Source of the DNA: Candidatus Micrarchaeota archaeon
Lineage (GTDB): Archaea; Iainarchaeota; Iainarchaeia; Iainarchaeales; JAGVWC01
Assembly: GCA_043803815.1 (NCBI GenBank)
Contig: JAZDJR010000035.1
Location: 14,069-78,068 of the forward strand
Length of the DNA stretch: 64,000 nt
Reading direction: 5' to 3'
Positions 45,153-54,815 of the stretch are shown here, piece by piece. Position numbers and translations under genes: made by a program. How positions within the stretch are numbered: the stretch's first letter is position 1; each line of letters begins with the position of its first letter. The notes under the pieces were generated by a model. The model ran no database searches. It saw only the letters and a list, made by a program, of their open reading frames with translations, and was not told the DNA's origin.

Positions 45153-45836
45153 TTATTTCCTCTTTTTTCGGGCTACGGTAAAAATAGTGAAGCGGCGGTT
45201 ATCAAACTGTTTTTCGATTTCAAAATCGTGCTTTCGGAAAAAACCCGCAATCGACGCGGGCGAAAAATGATTGACATGGCCGGCCTCTTTTTTGAAATAT
45301 TCGTTTTGGCGAAGCGTGCCGTGCAAAAAACACTGCATGAAAAAAAGCGGTTTCCAAAGACTGACGATTGTGTCATACGGAACGGTTGCCAACACGACGC
45401 CGTTCGGCGCCAAAATCCGGCGGATTTCGTCGATGGCGTCTTCAAAATCGGGCAAATGTTCCAATACTTCCGAAATAACCACGACATCCGCGCTTTGGCT
45501 TGGCAAACCGGTTTTTTGGACGGATGCTACCCGAGAATCCGAAAGGCGGCCTTCTTTTTTAGCCTTGGAAAGCATGCTCGGATTCAAATCAATGCCCAAA
45601 ACGGGAAGGCGTTCGATGTTCCAGTTGACGGTTCCGCAGCCTAAATCGACGATTTTGGCTTTGTCAAACGCAAATTCCTTGACGGTTTTTAGTATCAGTT
45701 CGTTTTTGGAGCGGTGAAACCAGCGGCGTACCGGATTGGCCGAATTCATCATTTCTTCGTGAAAATCAGGTTCAAAATCGCGGTAAGAAATTTCTGCGGA
45801 AGCGTTGGACTGGTTTTGCCGCAAAGAGGAAGCCAT
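45153..45836 (-). CDS. Class I SAM-dependent methyltransferase
   Basis: VDLGCG, GIDL, DVVVISEVLEHL and RILAPNG. Confidence 0.9.
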   Translation of the reverse strand: MASSLRQNQSNASAEISYRDFEPDFHEEMMNSANPVRRWFHRSKNELILKTVKEFAFDKAKIVDLGCGTVNWNIERLPVLGIDLNPSMLSKAKKEGRLSDSRVASVQKTGLPSQSADVVVISEVLEHLPDFEDAIDEIRRILAPNGVVLATVPYDTIVSLWKPLFFMQCFLHGTLRQNEYFKKEAGHVNHFSPASIAGFFRKHDFEIEKQFDNRRFTIFTVARKKRK

Positions 45837-45937
45837 ACAACACCTCCAAAAAGATATAATATAAGGTTTATGATACGGATATTTAAAGGTTTAAAAACCC
45901 GGTAAAAAAACCGTTTTCTTGTGTTGAATGATGCTCT

Positions 45938-46894
45938 ATGCCTTTGGCAAAAAAAATCCGCTCATTTTTGCCCGTCATCGGACTTGTCTTTTTGCTGGTT
46001 ATTTTAGCTTCGGTTGACCGGGAAAAAATTTGGTCGGTTCTTTCAAAAGCGGACCTGTCGCTGTTGGCTTTGGCCTTGGCTACCAACGGATTGGTGGTCA
46101 TCATAAAAGGCGTCAAATGGAGAACGTTTTTTTTCGATAAAAAAAACAAGGTGTCGACCAGCGAATGCATTCAGGGATTTTTAAAAGGATTTTTTTTAAG
46201 CGTGGTCACTCCCGGCCGCATCGGGGACTTTGCCCGCGCATTTTTTGTAAAGGGCAAAGTAGGGTTTTCATTCGGACTGGCCAGCGTTATTCTGGACCGC
46301 CTGACCGATATTATTCTTTTATTGGCGTTGTCGTTTCTTTCTTTGGTCGCATTTTTTTTCCTCACCCAAAACTGGATTGTCAACCCGCTATTGATACTCG
46401 CCCTGATTGCGGCTCTGCTTTTGGGCGTTTTTTATGTCCTTCGAAAAAGCAAAAAAGGGTTTTTCAGGAGCTTTTTTTTTGCGATTACGCCGGAACGATA
46501 CCGCACCCGCGTCCAGAACACATATGGGAAAATTACCCAGGAACTGCGGGATGCCGGTCGCCACAAAAGCGAACTTTTTTTGGGAAGTATTCTTGGAATT
46601 ATTATCTGGTTTTTTTGCGCCTTGGCCGGTTTTTGGATCGGAAGCGCGATCGGAATCCAACAGCCATTTTATTTTTTCGGCATTATCGTCCTGTTGCTGG
46701 CCTTACTTGAAATAATCCCAATTACGTTTGCGGGCCTTGGAACCCGTGAAGCGGGAGCAATTTTTTTGTTTTCAACCGTCGGGATTTCAGCTGAAACCGC
46801 GGTGGCCTATTCGCTTTTGCTGTTCTTTACGGCCTATATTCCGATCAGCGTGCTGGGCGGCCTGCTCTTTATGCAAAAACCCGACAAGCTCTGA
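45938..46894 (+). CDS. Lysylphosphatidylglycerol-synthase TM domain / UPF0104 flippase-like protein #2
   Basis: TPGRIGDFAR, LDRLTD and IPITFAGLGTRE. Confidence 0.87.
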   Translation: MPLAKKIRSFLPVIGLVFLLVILASVDREKIWSVLSKADLSLLALALATNGLVVIIKGVKWRTFFFDKKNKVSTSECIQGFLKGFFLSVVTPGRIGDFARAFFVKGKVGFSFGLASVILDRLTDIILLLALSFLSLVAFFFLTQNWIVNPLLILALIAALLLGVFYVLRKSKKGFFRSFFFAITPERYRTRVQNTYGKITQELRDAGRHKSELFLGSILGIIIWFFCALAGFWIGSAIGIQQPFYFFGIIVLLLALLEIIPITFAGLGTREAGAIFLFSTVGISAETAVAYSLLLFFTAYIPISVLGGLLFMQKPDKL

Positions 46895-46948
46895 ATTTTT
46901 TTGGAATCAAACGGGAATTGCGGCATTGGGCAATTAAAAAAACAGGTT

Positions 46949-47722
46949 TTACTGGGCAGTTTTTTTTGAGAACCAGCCGGCATAGGTATTTCGGACTTCT
47001 TCCAAAACTTCCAAAGTCCCGATGTCAAACCAGTGGTCGGAAGGATTGTCGAACACGAAACCATACACGGGCTTTTGCCTGTACAGCCATTGCACGAATT
47101 CGCCTGGCTTGTCGGGACTGTTTCCCGCGTCCAGATAAGTCTTGAAATCGCGGACGGTTTTTTTGGTGTAAAAATACACGCCGATGGATACTAAAGTCGA
47201 AGCCGGCTGGAGCGGCTTTTCGACGAAAAAATTAACCCTGCGATTGGCATCCATCCGTACCTCGCCCATTTTGCGGGCTTCTTCGAAAGTCTTGACGTCA
47301 TAGCACGCGATTAAATCCGTTTTTTTGGACAAAAATTCTTTTTGCATTTCCAAAATCGAAAACGTGAACAGGTTGTCGCCTGAAACCCAAATTAAATCGG
47401 AATCAATTTTTTCCTTTTTTATGGCGAACCATGCGTCGCCGATGGCACCCAGCCGGTTTTCGTTGGAAGTTGTTCCGTCATCCAGCACAATAATCGGAAC
47501 GGAAATTTTTTTTTGAAAATCATCGGCCCAAGAATCGAACTGGCTGAAAAAAACATGGTTGGAAACCACGACTATTTTTTCAATGTCGGGAAGTTCAAGA
47601 ATTTTTTGGATGACCTGTTCAATCATGGGTTTTCCAGCGATTTCCAACAGCGCCTTGGGCTTGTCCTTGGTCAAAGGGTACAGGCGCGTCGCGTATCCCG
47701 CCACCGGAATCAATGCAATCAA
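46949..47722 (-). CDS. Sugar-1-phosphate nucleotidyltransferase
   Basis: AGYATRLYPLT...PKALL, GDNLF, FVEKP and WFDIG. Confidence 0.9.
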   Translation of the reverse strand: MIALIPVAGYATRLYPLTKDKPKALLEIAGKPMIEQVIQKILELPDIEKIVVVSNHVFFSQFDSWADDFQKKISVPIIVLDDGTTSNENRLGAIGDAWFAIKKEKIDSDLIWVSGDNLFTFSILEMQKEFLSKKTDLIACYDVKTFEEARKMGEVRMDANRRVNFFVEKPLQPASTLVSIGVYFYTKKTVRDFKTYLDAGNSPDKPGEFVQWLYRQKPVYGFVFDNPSDHWFDIGTLEVLEEVRNTYAGWFSKKTAQ

Positions 47723-49017
47723 ACCGATTCCCTTCCCATGCTGATATATTCAAAGCCGAGCTTTTTCATTTCAATGGGCTTAAACATGTTGCGCCCGTCA
47801 AAAATAAGCGGCTGTTTGAGCAGTTTTTTGGCTTTTAACCAGTCCATTCGCTTGAACTGGTCCCATTCGGTGGCGATTACGATGCAATCCGCGTCGGCCA
47901 TGGCGTCAAATTCGCCGGAACAAAAAGTCACGTTTTTCGACTGGCTTTTTGCATTTTCCATCGCAACCGGGTCGAATGCTCGGATAATAGCCCCTTCTTT
48001 TTGAAGCGCCGCAATAATATCAAGGCTTGGCGCGCAGCGCAAATCGTCCGTATTGGGCTTGAACGCGAGCCCGAGCACGCAAACGGTTTTTCCTTTCAAG
48101 GCACCCATCTTTTTTTTGATTTTTTGGACAAAGTGAATCCGCTGATTGCCGTTGATTTTCTGCACTTCTTTTAGAATTTCAAAATCGAACCCTTTTTTTT
48201 GGGCAATCGTGATAAAAGCGTCCACGTCTTTTGGAAAACAGCTTCCGCCGTAGCCGATTCCCGCGTTAAAAAAATGCTTTCCGATGCGGTGGTCCAATGC
48301 CATTCCGTTGACGACATCCTCGATGTCCGCGCCGGTGTGCTCGCACAGGTTGGCCAAAGAGTTGGCGTACGAAATTTTTAAGGCCAAAAACGAATTGGAC
48401 GCGTGCTTGATGAGTTCGGCGCTGTTAATATCCGTAAACAAAATCGGGCAGTTCAACGGCCCGTATAATTCCCGCATTTTTTCGCGGGCGTTTTCGCTGT
48501 CGGTTCCGATGACCACGCGGTCGGGATGCAAAAAGTCGTGCACCGCGCTTCCTTCGCGCAAAAATTCCGGATTGCTGACAACGGAAAAATGGGTCTTGTG
48601 GTCGTTATGCGTAATCAGAAGTTCGTAAAGGCGCTTTCCGGTTTCCACCGGAACCGTGCTTTTTTCAACCACGATTTTGGGGGATTTGGCGTTTTCCGCA
48701 ATTTGGCGGGCGACGTTTTCAACAAAGGACAAATCGGCCTCTCCGTTGGGCATGGACGGCGTTCCAACGGCGATAAAAATAATTTCGGATTCGTTGACGG
48801 CTTTGGCCAAATCGGTCGAGAAAAACAGGCGCTTGGCGTTGAAATTGCGCCTGATGATTTCTTCAAGCCCAGGCTCGAAAATCGGCATTTCCAGGCGGTT
48901 TAATTTCCGGATTTTTTCCTCGACCATGTCCACGCAAATCACCCGGTTGCCCAGTTCGGCAAGGCATGTGCCCGTAACCAATCCCACATATCCTGTTCCG
49001 ATAATGCAAATGTTCAT
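47719..49017 (-). CDS. ugd: UDP-glucose/GDP-mannose 6-dehydrogenase
   Basis: GTGYVG, KSTVP, NPEFLREG, GYGGSCFPKD and FKPNTDD. Confidence 0.95.
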   Translation of the reverse strand: MNICIIGTGYVGLVTGTCLAELGNRVICVDMVEEKIRKLNRLEMPIFEPGLEEIIRRNFNAKRLFFSTDLAKAVNESEIIFIAVGTPSMPNGEADLSFVENVARQIAENAKSPKIVVEKSTVPVETGKRLYELLITHNDHKTHFSVVSNPEFLREGSAVHDFLHPDRVVIGTDSENAREKMRELYGPLNCPILFTDINSAELIKHASNSFLALKISYANSLANLCEHTGADIEDVVNGMALDHRIGKHFFNAGIGYGGSCFPKDVDAFITIAQKKGFDFEILKEVQKINGNQRIHFVQKIKKKMGALKGKTVCVLGLAFKPNTDDLRCAPSLDIIAALQKEGAIIRAFDPVAMENAKSQSKNVTFCSGEFDAMADADCIVIATEWDQFKRMDWLKAKKLLKQPLIFDGRNMFKPIEMKKLGFEYISMGRESV

Positions 49018-49090
49018 TTTTTCACCCTTTCAACGGCTTTTAGGCGGGAGTTTAAAAAACCGCATTGGTTCAATGGCAAAAAAACGGGTT

Positions 49091-50011
49091 TTAGGCAAAC
49101 CCGTTTTGGGAATACCATTCCAAAGTTTGGTCAAGCCCTCTTTCAATCGGGGTTTGGGCAACAAATCCCAGCAGTTTTTTGGCTTTGGAAACGTCGGCGG
49201 AAAACCGGATGACTTCTCCCGTGCGCGGCCTAGCCAAAACCAATTTGGGTTTAACCCCCATTTTTTGGGCCAGCAATTCGGCGACTTTCAAAAGGCGGGT
49301 GGGTTTTTCAGGGGCAATGTTAAACGACCGGTTTTTGGCGAATTCGAATTTTTGAATCAGCAAAATCACCGCTTCCACCGCGTCGTCCAAAAACGTAAAC
49401 GGCAGCTCTTTTTCTTTTCCAAAAATAGTGATTGCTTCTTTTTTTTTGTTCAGGCGGATAAGAAGGGGAATCAAGCGGTCGCTGTCGTCATAGCGGCCGT
49501 AGACGTTTGAAAAGCGGATAATCTGATAATCGATGCCGAACGAAAAGTGATAAGAGGAAATGAATGATTCCGCGGAAACCTTGGACGCCGCATAAGGGGA
49601 TTCCGTACCGGAAATGTCGACATCGGCTTCACTTGACGGCTGTTTGGAATTGTTTCCGTATACTTCGCGGCTGGAAGAAAACAAAAAACGGGAAATCTTT
49701 TTTTTGCGGCAAAATTCCAGGCAATTCAGGGTCATGAGTATATTGTCGATTGCCAATTGGGGATTCTGCACGGAATTAAAGACATACGCATTGGCTGCCA
49801 GATGAATGAAAAAATCCGGTTTTTTGGAAATTTTTTCCAATGCATCCGGCTTTCGCAGGTCGGCCAAAACCGTTTTTTGGTCAACCGCTTGGCTCCAGCG
49901 GTTGGAAACACGGTCAACGCCGATTACTTCAAATCCTTCCGAAATCAGGCGTTCGCACAAGGCGGTTCCGATCATTCCGCTGGAACCTGTTACCAAAACC
50001 GTTTTTTTCAT
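49091..50011 (-). CDS. NAD-dependent epimerase/dehydratase
   Basis: VTGSSGMIG, SSSREVYG, PYAASK and RFSNVYG. ATG at 50011 overlaps the upstream stop. Confidence 0.88.
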   Translation of the reverse strand: MKKTVLVTGSSGMIGTALCERLISEGFEVIGVDRVSNRWSQAVDQKTVLADLRKPDALEKISKKPDFFIHLAANAYVFNSVQNPQLAIDNILMTLNCLEFCRKKKISRFLFSSSREVYGNNSKQPSSEADVDISGTESPYAASKVSAESFISSYHFSFGIDYQIIRFSNVYGRYDDSDRLIPLLIRLNKKKEAITIFGKEKELPFTFLDDAVEAVILLIQKFEFAKNRSFNIAPEKPTRLLKVAELLAQKMGVKPKLVLARPRTGEVIRFSADVSKAKKLLGFVAQTPIERGLDQTLEWYSQNGFA

Positions 50012-50940
50012 GTTTTCACCGAAGGGTTTTTTTGATACCACTTAATCGTTTCAGCCAAGCCCTCTTTGAGGGAAAAACTGGGTTTCCATCCCAGCTTTTC
50101 AAGGGCGCGATTGTTTTTGATTCTAAGCGAAGCCGCCGGATTAAATGTTACTGGTTTTTGTTTTATCATTTTTTTGATTTGGACCGCAAGGTCGGAGCCT
50201 AAAAAGGATTTTCCGAACGAAATATTAAACGTTTCCCCCGAAAAGCGGCCGCAATTTTTTCCGGCCGCCAAAACACCGTCAATGGCGTCTTTTACAAAAA
50301 GAAAATCGCGGACATACCCTTTTTTGTTTCGGGCAGTTTTTCCTTTCAGAAAGCACACGATGTTATTGTTTACAAAGTGTTCAAAAGCCGGAAAGCGGAC
50401 GGGACCGTACACGGTTGCCAACCGCACGATGACCGCCTTCAGCCGCTTTTTTTTGGCCAAAAACCGCACGACTTCCTCTGCTTTTATTTTGGAAAACGCG
50501 TAGGTTTCGGATTCGCCCAAACGCGAATTTTCGTCCAAAAGTCCGCGATTTGGATAAACGCGGACACTCGACGCCAGCACGAATCGGACGTTTTGCCTGG
50601 CGCACTGCAGGGCAACGCAGGAAGTGCCCAGCACGTTGGCGGAAACGGCCTCCAATGGCGTTTCATCCGCTTTTTTTGGAAACGAAAAGCCCGCCAGGTG
50701 AAAGCAAAAATCCGGCTTTGTTTTTTCAAACAGCTTTTGCACTTCTTTGGGGTTGGCAATGTCCGCGGAAAAAAATTTGATTTGCTTTGAAATGTTGTGA
50801 AGCTTTAGCAGCCGAAAATCGGGGCGCCGCGAAACACCGATGACATTTGCTTTTTGGCTTGCCAGTTCTTTGCAAAGCCAGGCGCCCAAAAATCCCGTGG
50901 CGCCGGTCACCAATACTTTTTTGTTTTTCCAAAAAGCCAT
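50008..50940 (-). CDS. NAD-dependent epimerase/reductase (RfbG-like N-terminus, divergent)
   Basis: FWKNKKVLVTGATGFLGAWL, FHLAG, YAFSK and RDFLFV. Confidence 0.82.
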   Translation of the reverse strand: MAFWKNKKVLVTGATGFLGAWLCKELASQKANVIGVSRRPDFRLLKLHNISKQIKFFSADIANPKEVQKLFEKTKPDFCFHLAGFSFPKKADETPLEAVSANVLGTSCVALQCARQNVRFVLASSVRVYPNRGLLDENSRLGESETYAFSKIKAEEVVRFLAKKKRLKAVIVRLATVYGPVRFPAFEHFVNNNIVCFLKGKTARNKKGYVRDFLFVKDAIDGVLAAGKNCGRFSGETFNISFGKSFLGSDLAVQIKKMIKQKPVTFNPAASLRIKNNRALEKLGWKPSFSLKEGLAETIKWYQKNPSVKT

Positions 50941-50967
50941 TTAAAACCACATCGTACTTTGATTGGC

Positions 50968-51870
50968 TTATAATAATAATTTCCCGAACTTAATGCTTCC
51001 CATCAGGCGGAACAATTTAACCGCGGCTACGTAACCCAAGCCGCCCAAAACAATCAAAATCGAGTGCAGGGGGGATTTGTTCTGCAAAAACGTGATGCCG
51101 CGCGGAGAGCTCAGGCTGAATTTTCCGTTTTTCTGCCAGATTCCCGTTGCAACCGCAAAATCGGTTCTTGGGTCGACTAAAAAGCCGAATTTCACGTGCA
51201 AAAATTCGGCGCACACTTTCGTCTGGTGCTTTTTCCACAAAAGCGCGTCGTTTTGGTGGTATTGCAGGCGCTTTAGCAGGTGCCTGAAAAATGCTTTCAT
51301 TCCTTTGGGTTTTGCTTCTTCGTGGTCATGAACATAATCGGCCTGCACGATTTTGTAGTCAAAGCCCAAATCCATGATTTTAAAAGTCAGGTCGGTGTCC
51401 TCGCGGTAATACCGGTACTCCTCGTCATAGCCGCCCACTTTTTCCAATAATTCTTTTCGAAAACCCGTCGAGGTTCCGCCAAATCCGCCGTAAGCGCTCA
51501 CCACGCCGACTTTTGGGGAATCAAAACCGGCAACCATTTTAGACAGCCAGTCCTTGGCGGGAATGCAGTCGTGGTCCATGTTAATCACGATTGGAAAACG
51601 GGCGGCCATAATTCCCGCGTTGCGCGCCCTGCAAACACCCTGATTTTTTTCAAAATTAATTATTTTGATTTTTTTGTTTTTGGAAAACTTTTGGGAAAGC
51701 ATCTTTGCGGTGTTGTCGGGGCTTCCGTCGTTGACGACGATGATTTCATATTCCGCGGGATAATCGAGGGCGAGCAAACCGTTCAGGGTTTTTTCAAGTC
51801 CGATCGGGTTGCGATAGGTTGCAACGACTATGCTTGCGTTTGACAAAGAACCGTTTTTTTTGGAAGGCAT
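50968..51870 (-). CDS. GT2 glycosyltransferase (internally shortened)
   Basis: SIVVATY, VNDGSPD, ARNAG, MDHD and REDTDL. ATG at 51870. Confidence 0.85.
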   Translation of the reverse strand: MPSKKNGSLSNASIVVATYRNPIGLEKTLNGLLALDYPAEYEIIVVNDGSPDNTAKMLSQKFSKNKKIKIINFEKNQGVCRARNAGIMAARFPIVINMDHDCIPAKDWLSKMVAGFDSPKVGVVSAYGGFGGTSTGFRKELLEKVGGYDEEYRYYREDTDLTFKIMDLGFDYKIVQADYVHDHEEAKPKGMKAFFRHLLKRLQYHQNDALLWKKHQTKVCAEFLHVKFGFLVDPRTDFAVATGIWQKNGKFSLSSPRGITFLQNKSPLHSILIVLGGLGYVAAVKLFRLMGSIKFGKLLL

Positions 51871-52022
51871 TACAATCAAAACAGGGATAAGATTTTTATA
51901 AATCCGAACGTTTTTGCCCGAATCCTTGGCTGGTTTCCTATATAGCCGATTGAACCAAAAAGGTCTTTTAAATCGTCCAAAACACTTGTAGCAAAGGCAC
52001 GAGAAAAAAGGGGGCAAATGAA

Positions 52023-52985
52023 ATGAAACTACTGGTAACTGGGGGCGCTGGCTTTATCGGAAGCCATTACATCAAACAGCATTTGGAAAACAACCCCAAT
52101 GACCAAATCGTCAACCTGGACAAGCTGACGTATGCGGGGCGGCTGGAAAACCTTTTGGAAGTCGAAAAAAACCCGAATTATTCGTTTATCAAAGGCGATG
52201 TCTGCGATTTTAAAACCGTTGAAAAAGCAATCACAGGATGCGACGCGGTCATCAATTTTGCCGCGGAAAGCCACGTTGACCGCAGCATTGAAAACGCGGC
52301 GCCTTTTTTGCAAACCGACGTGGTCGGCGCGTATACTTTGCTTGAAGCCGCCAGAAAACACGGCATTAAAAAATTTGTCCAAATCTCGACTGATGAGGTT
52401 TACGGCCAGATTCTGGAAGGCCAGTTCACGGAACAAACCATTTTAATGCCCCGAAACCCCTATTCGGCCAGCAAAGCCGGAGCCGACCGATTGGCCTACA
52501 GTTTTTTTGCAACATATGGATTGCCTGTTGTAATCACGCGCAGTTCAAACAATTACGGTTCGCATCAGTTTCCCGAAAAGCTTATCCCGCTTTTTGTCAC
52601 GAACCTCATGAAGAAAAAAAAAGTGCCGGTGTACGGAACCGGCAAAAACATCCGCGACTGGCTGTTTGTTGCCGACAACTGCGAAGCCATCGAACTCGTC
52701 CTGAAAAAAGGAAAAAACGGCGAAGTGTACAACATCGGAGGCGGAAACGAAAAAACCAACCTTGAAATCACCAATTTCATCCTTGAACAATTCGGGTTTG
52801 GAAACGAAATGATTGAATACGTGGAAGACCGCAAAGGACACGATTTTAGGTACTCCCTGGATTACTCCAAGATTACGGAAGAACTCGGCTGGAAGCCCAA
52901 AACCCCCTTGGAAAAAGGCCTGGCCGAAACCGTAAACTGGTACCGCCAAAACGAAAAATGGTGGAAACCGCTGGTGAAAAAATGA
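52023..52985 (+). CDS. rmlB: dTDP-glucose 4,6-dehydratase
   Basis: GGAGFIG, DKLTYAG, FAAESHVDRSI, STDEVYG and PYSASK. Confidence 0.96.
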   Translation: MKLLVTGGAGFIGSHYIKQHLENNPNDQIVNLDKLTYAGRLENLLEVEKNPNYSFIKGDVCDFKTVEKAITGCDAVINFAAESHVDRSIENAAPFLQTDVVGAYTLLEAARKHGIKKFVQISTDEVYGQILEGQFTEQTILMPRNPYSASKAGADRLAYSFFATYGLPVVITRSSNNYGSHQFPEKLIPLFVTNLMKKKKVPVYGTGKNIRDWLFVADNCEAIELVLKKGKNGEVYNIGGGNEKTNLEITNFILEQFGFGNEMIEYVEDRKGHDFRYSLDYSKITEELGWKPKTPLEKGLAETVNWYRQNEKWWKPLVKK

Positions 52986-53070
52986 TTTCTGAACTTTTGC
53001 GCAATAATTACGAAAAGAAGTTAGACTGAAAATTTAACCAATATGTAAAGGTAAAAAGGAAGGTGGATAA

Positions 53071-53817
53071 ATGACAAAAATTCGCGGAGTAGTCCTTGCC
53101 GGAGGAACGGGTTCACGATTGCTTCCCCTGACTTCGGTTTGCAACAAACATTTGCTTCCCGTGTATGATAAGCCAATGATTTATTATCCGATTGAAACGC
53201 TGAAATCGGCTGGAATCACCGACATAATGGTCATCACCGGCACACACCATGCAGGGGCTATATTTCAATTATTAGGGAGCGGAAAGGATTTCGGAGTAGA
53301 CTTTACCTATCGCGTGCAGGACGTTGCCGGCGGAATCCCAAGCGCGATTGGCTTGGCCAAAGATTTTGTGGGAAGCGACAAGTTCATTTCGATTAACGGC
53401 GACAATATTTTGACGGAAAGCATCAAGCCGTTCGCGGACGCGTTTGCCAAAGGAAAAGAAAAAGCGCGGATTTTGCTTTACCCCGGAACCAACGAGCAGG
53501 CCAAAAAATCGGGGGTCGCGGTGACCAAAGGCGAACAGGTCTTGGACTTGATTGAAAAGCCGCAGGTTCCGCCGAGCACGTTGATTTCAATCGGCGTATA
53601 TATGTACACTCCCGAAGTATTTGATGTCATCAAAACATTAAAGCCCAGCGGACGCGGGGAAACCGAAATCACGGAAGTCAACAAGTATTTCCTCAAGCAA
53701 AACGCGCTCGTGGCCAGCACCATTAACGGGCATTGGCTGGACGCGGGAACTGTCGACGAACTGTGGGAATCCAACACCAAAATAAAGGCTTTGCTTGAAC
53801 AAAAAAAGAAAACGTGA
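53071..53817 (+). CDS. rmlA: Glucose-1-phosphate thymidylyltransferase (short form)
   Basis: LAGGTGSRLLPLT...NKHLLPVYDKPMIYYP, GDN, PSGRGETEIT and WLDAGT. It follows rmlB. Confidence 0.88.
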   Translation: MTKIRGVVLAGGTGSRLLPLTSVCNKHLLPVYDKPMIYYPIETLKSAGITDIMVITGTHHAGAIFQLLGSGKDFGVDFTYRVQDVAGGIPSAIGLAKDFVGSDKFISINGDNILTESIKPFADAFAKGKEKARILLYPGTNEQAKKSGVAVTKGEQVLDLIEKPQVPPSTLISIGVYMYTPEVFDVIKTLKPSGRGETEITEVNKYFLKQNALVASTINGHWLDAGTVDELWESNTKIKALLEQKKKT

Positions 53818-54815
53818 GGGGAAACGTGGCGCTTCCCAAAAATATTTTTTTCCTCACGGATTTTTATCTGGCCAAAAATGAGCAGTTAGAGCCGCGGTTA
53901 ACCATTGCCAAGTACGCGGCTGAACGGGGTTTGAACCGCTTTGGCGGGGAATTCCTGTTTATCCGCACCGAGGATGTTTCCAACCTGAAAAAACAGGCGC
54001 AGCAGGCGCTTGGGATTAAGGAACAATTGGACTCCCTGTTTGACAAAACTTATTTTTCGATTCATGCTCCCTGGGTGCCGTTTGAAAAAACAGGGTTTGA
54101 ATTTGGAAAAACGCAGTTCAATAATATTCTGCAATTATTGGATTTTTGCCCGGAATTCGTGAAAATTTTAAATGTGCACGCGGGAACCGTTTCTTTGGAG
54201 TACTGGAACAAAAAACTGAAAAACAACCCGAATCAAAAAAAACAAAACATGGAACTGGTGCGAAACCGGCTGGACGAACTGGCCGACCTCGACAGCCGGA
54301 TTTGCGTGGAAACGCTTTTTGCGCCCTTGGACGAGGAAAACGGAGCGAATTATCTGGCCAACCTTCCAAAGGACGTATTGCAACTGGCCAAAAACAAAAA
54401 AGTGGGGATTACGGTGGACACCGCGCATGCGGGAATGACGATTGAGTCCTGCAAAAAAATGATTCAAAACAGGGAATTGTTCAACGGTTATTTTGAAAAC
54501 GAGTGGGATGAAATAAAAAAAACCGCGCTTGGCGGCCGAAAGGAATTTACCGCATTCGGAAAAAAAATAAATCACATTCATTTCAACGATTTTAAGTCCG
54601 GCGAAAAGGCGGTTCCGGCCGGCCTCGCGGACGGCGCGATTCCCGGGCTGGGCACAACCCCGAAAAAAGAACTGTATGAATGGCTAAACGCGCTGGCCGA
54701 AGGGTCGGGAAAAAAAGAAATCGGCGCGGCTTTGGAAATCAAGGAAAAAAGCTATGGCAAACTGAAAAACCAGCAAAAGACAATCCAAATCATTGCGGAT
54801 TATTATGGACTCTGA
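53814..54815 (+). CDS. Xylose-isomerase/AP-endonuclease-2-like TIM-barrel protein
   Basis: SIHAP, NVHAG, CVE, TVDTAHA, HIHFND and LEI metal-ligand pattern. Confidence 0.75.
   Translation: MRGNVALPKNIFFLTDFYLAKNEQLEPRLTIAKYAAERGLNRFGGEFLFIRTEDVSNLKKQAQQALGIKEQLDSLFDKTYFSIHAPWVPFEKTGFEFGKTQFNNILQLLDFCPEFVKILNVHAGTVSLEYWNKKLKNNPNQKKQNMELVRNRLDELADLDSRICVETLFAPLDEENGANYLANLPKDVLQLAKNKKVGITVDTAHAGMTIESCKKMIQNRELFNGYFENEWDEIKKTALGGRKEFTAFGKKINHIHFNDFKSGEKAVPAGLADGAIPGLGTTPKKELYEWLNALAEGSGKKEIGAALEIKEKSYGKLKNQQKTIQIIADYYGL

Noticed and set aside
48656-49510. 284-aa plus-strand ORF, and similar long shadow ORFs such as 17439..18269, 7866..8732 and 32877..33578
   Set aside because: These are antisense or alternate-frame shadows of well-supported genes and have no recognisable motifs.
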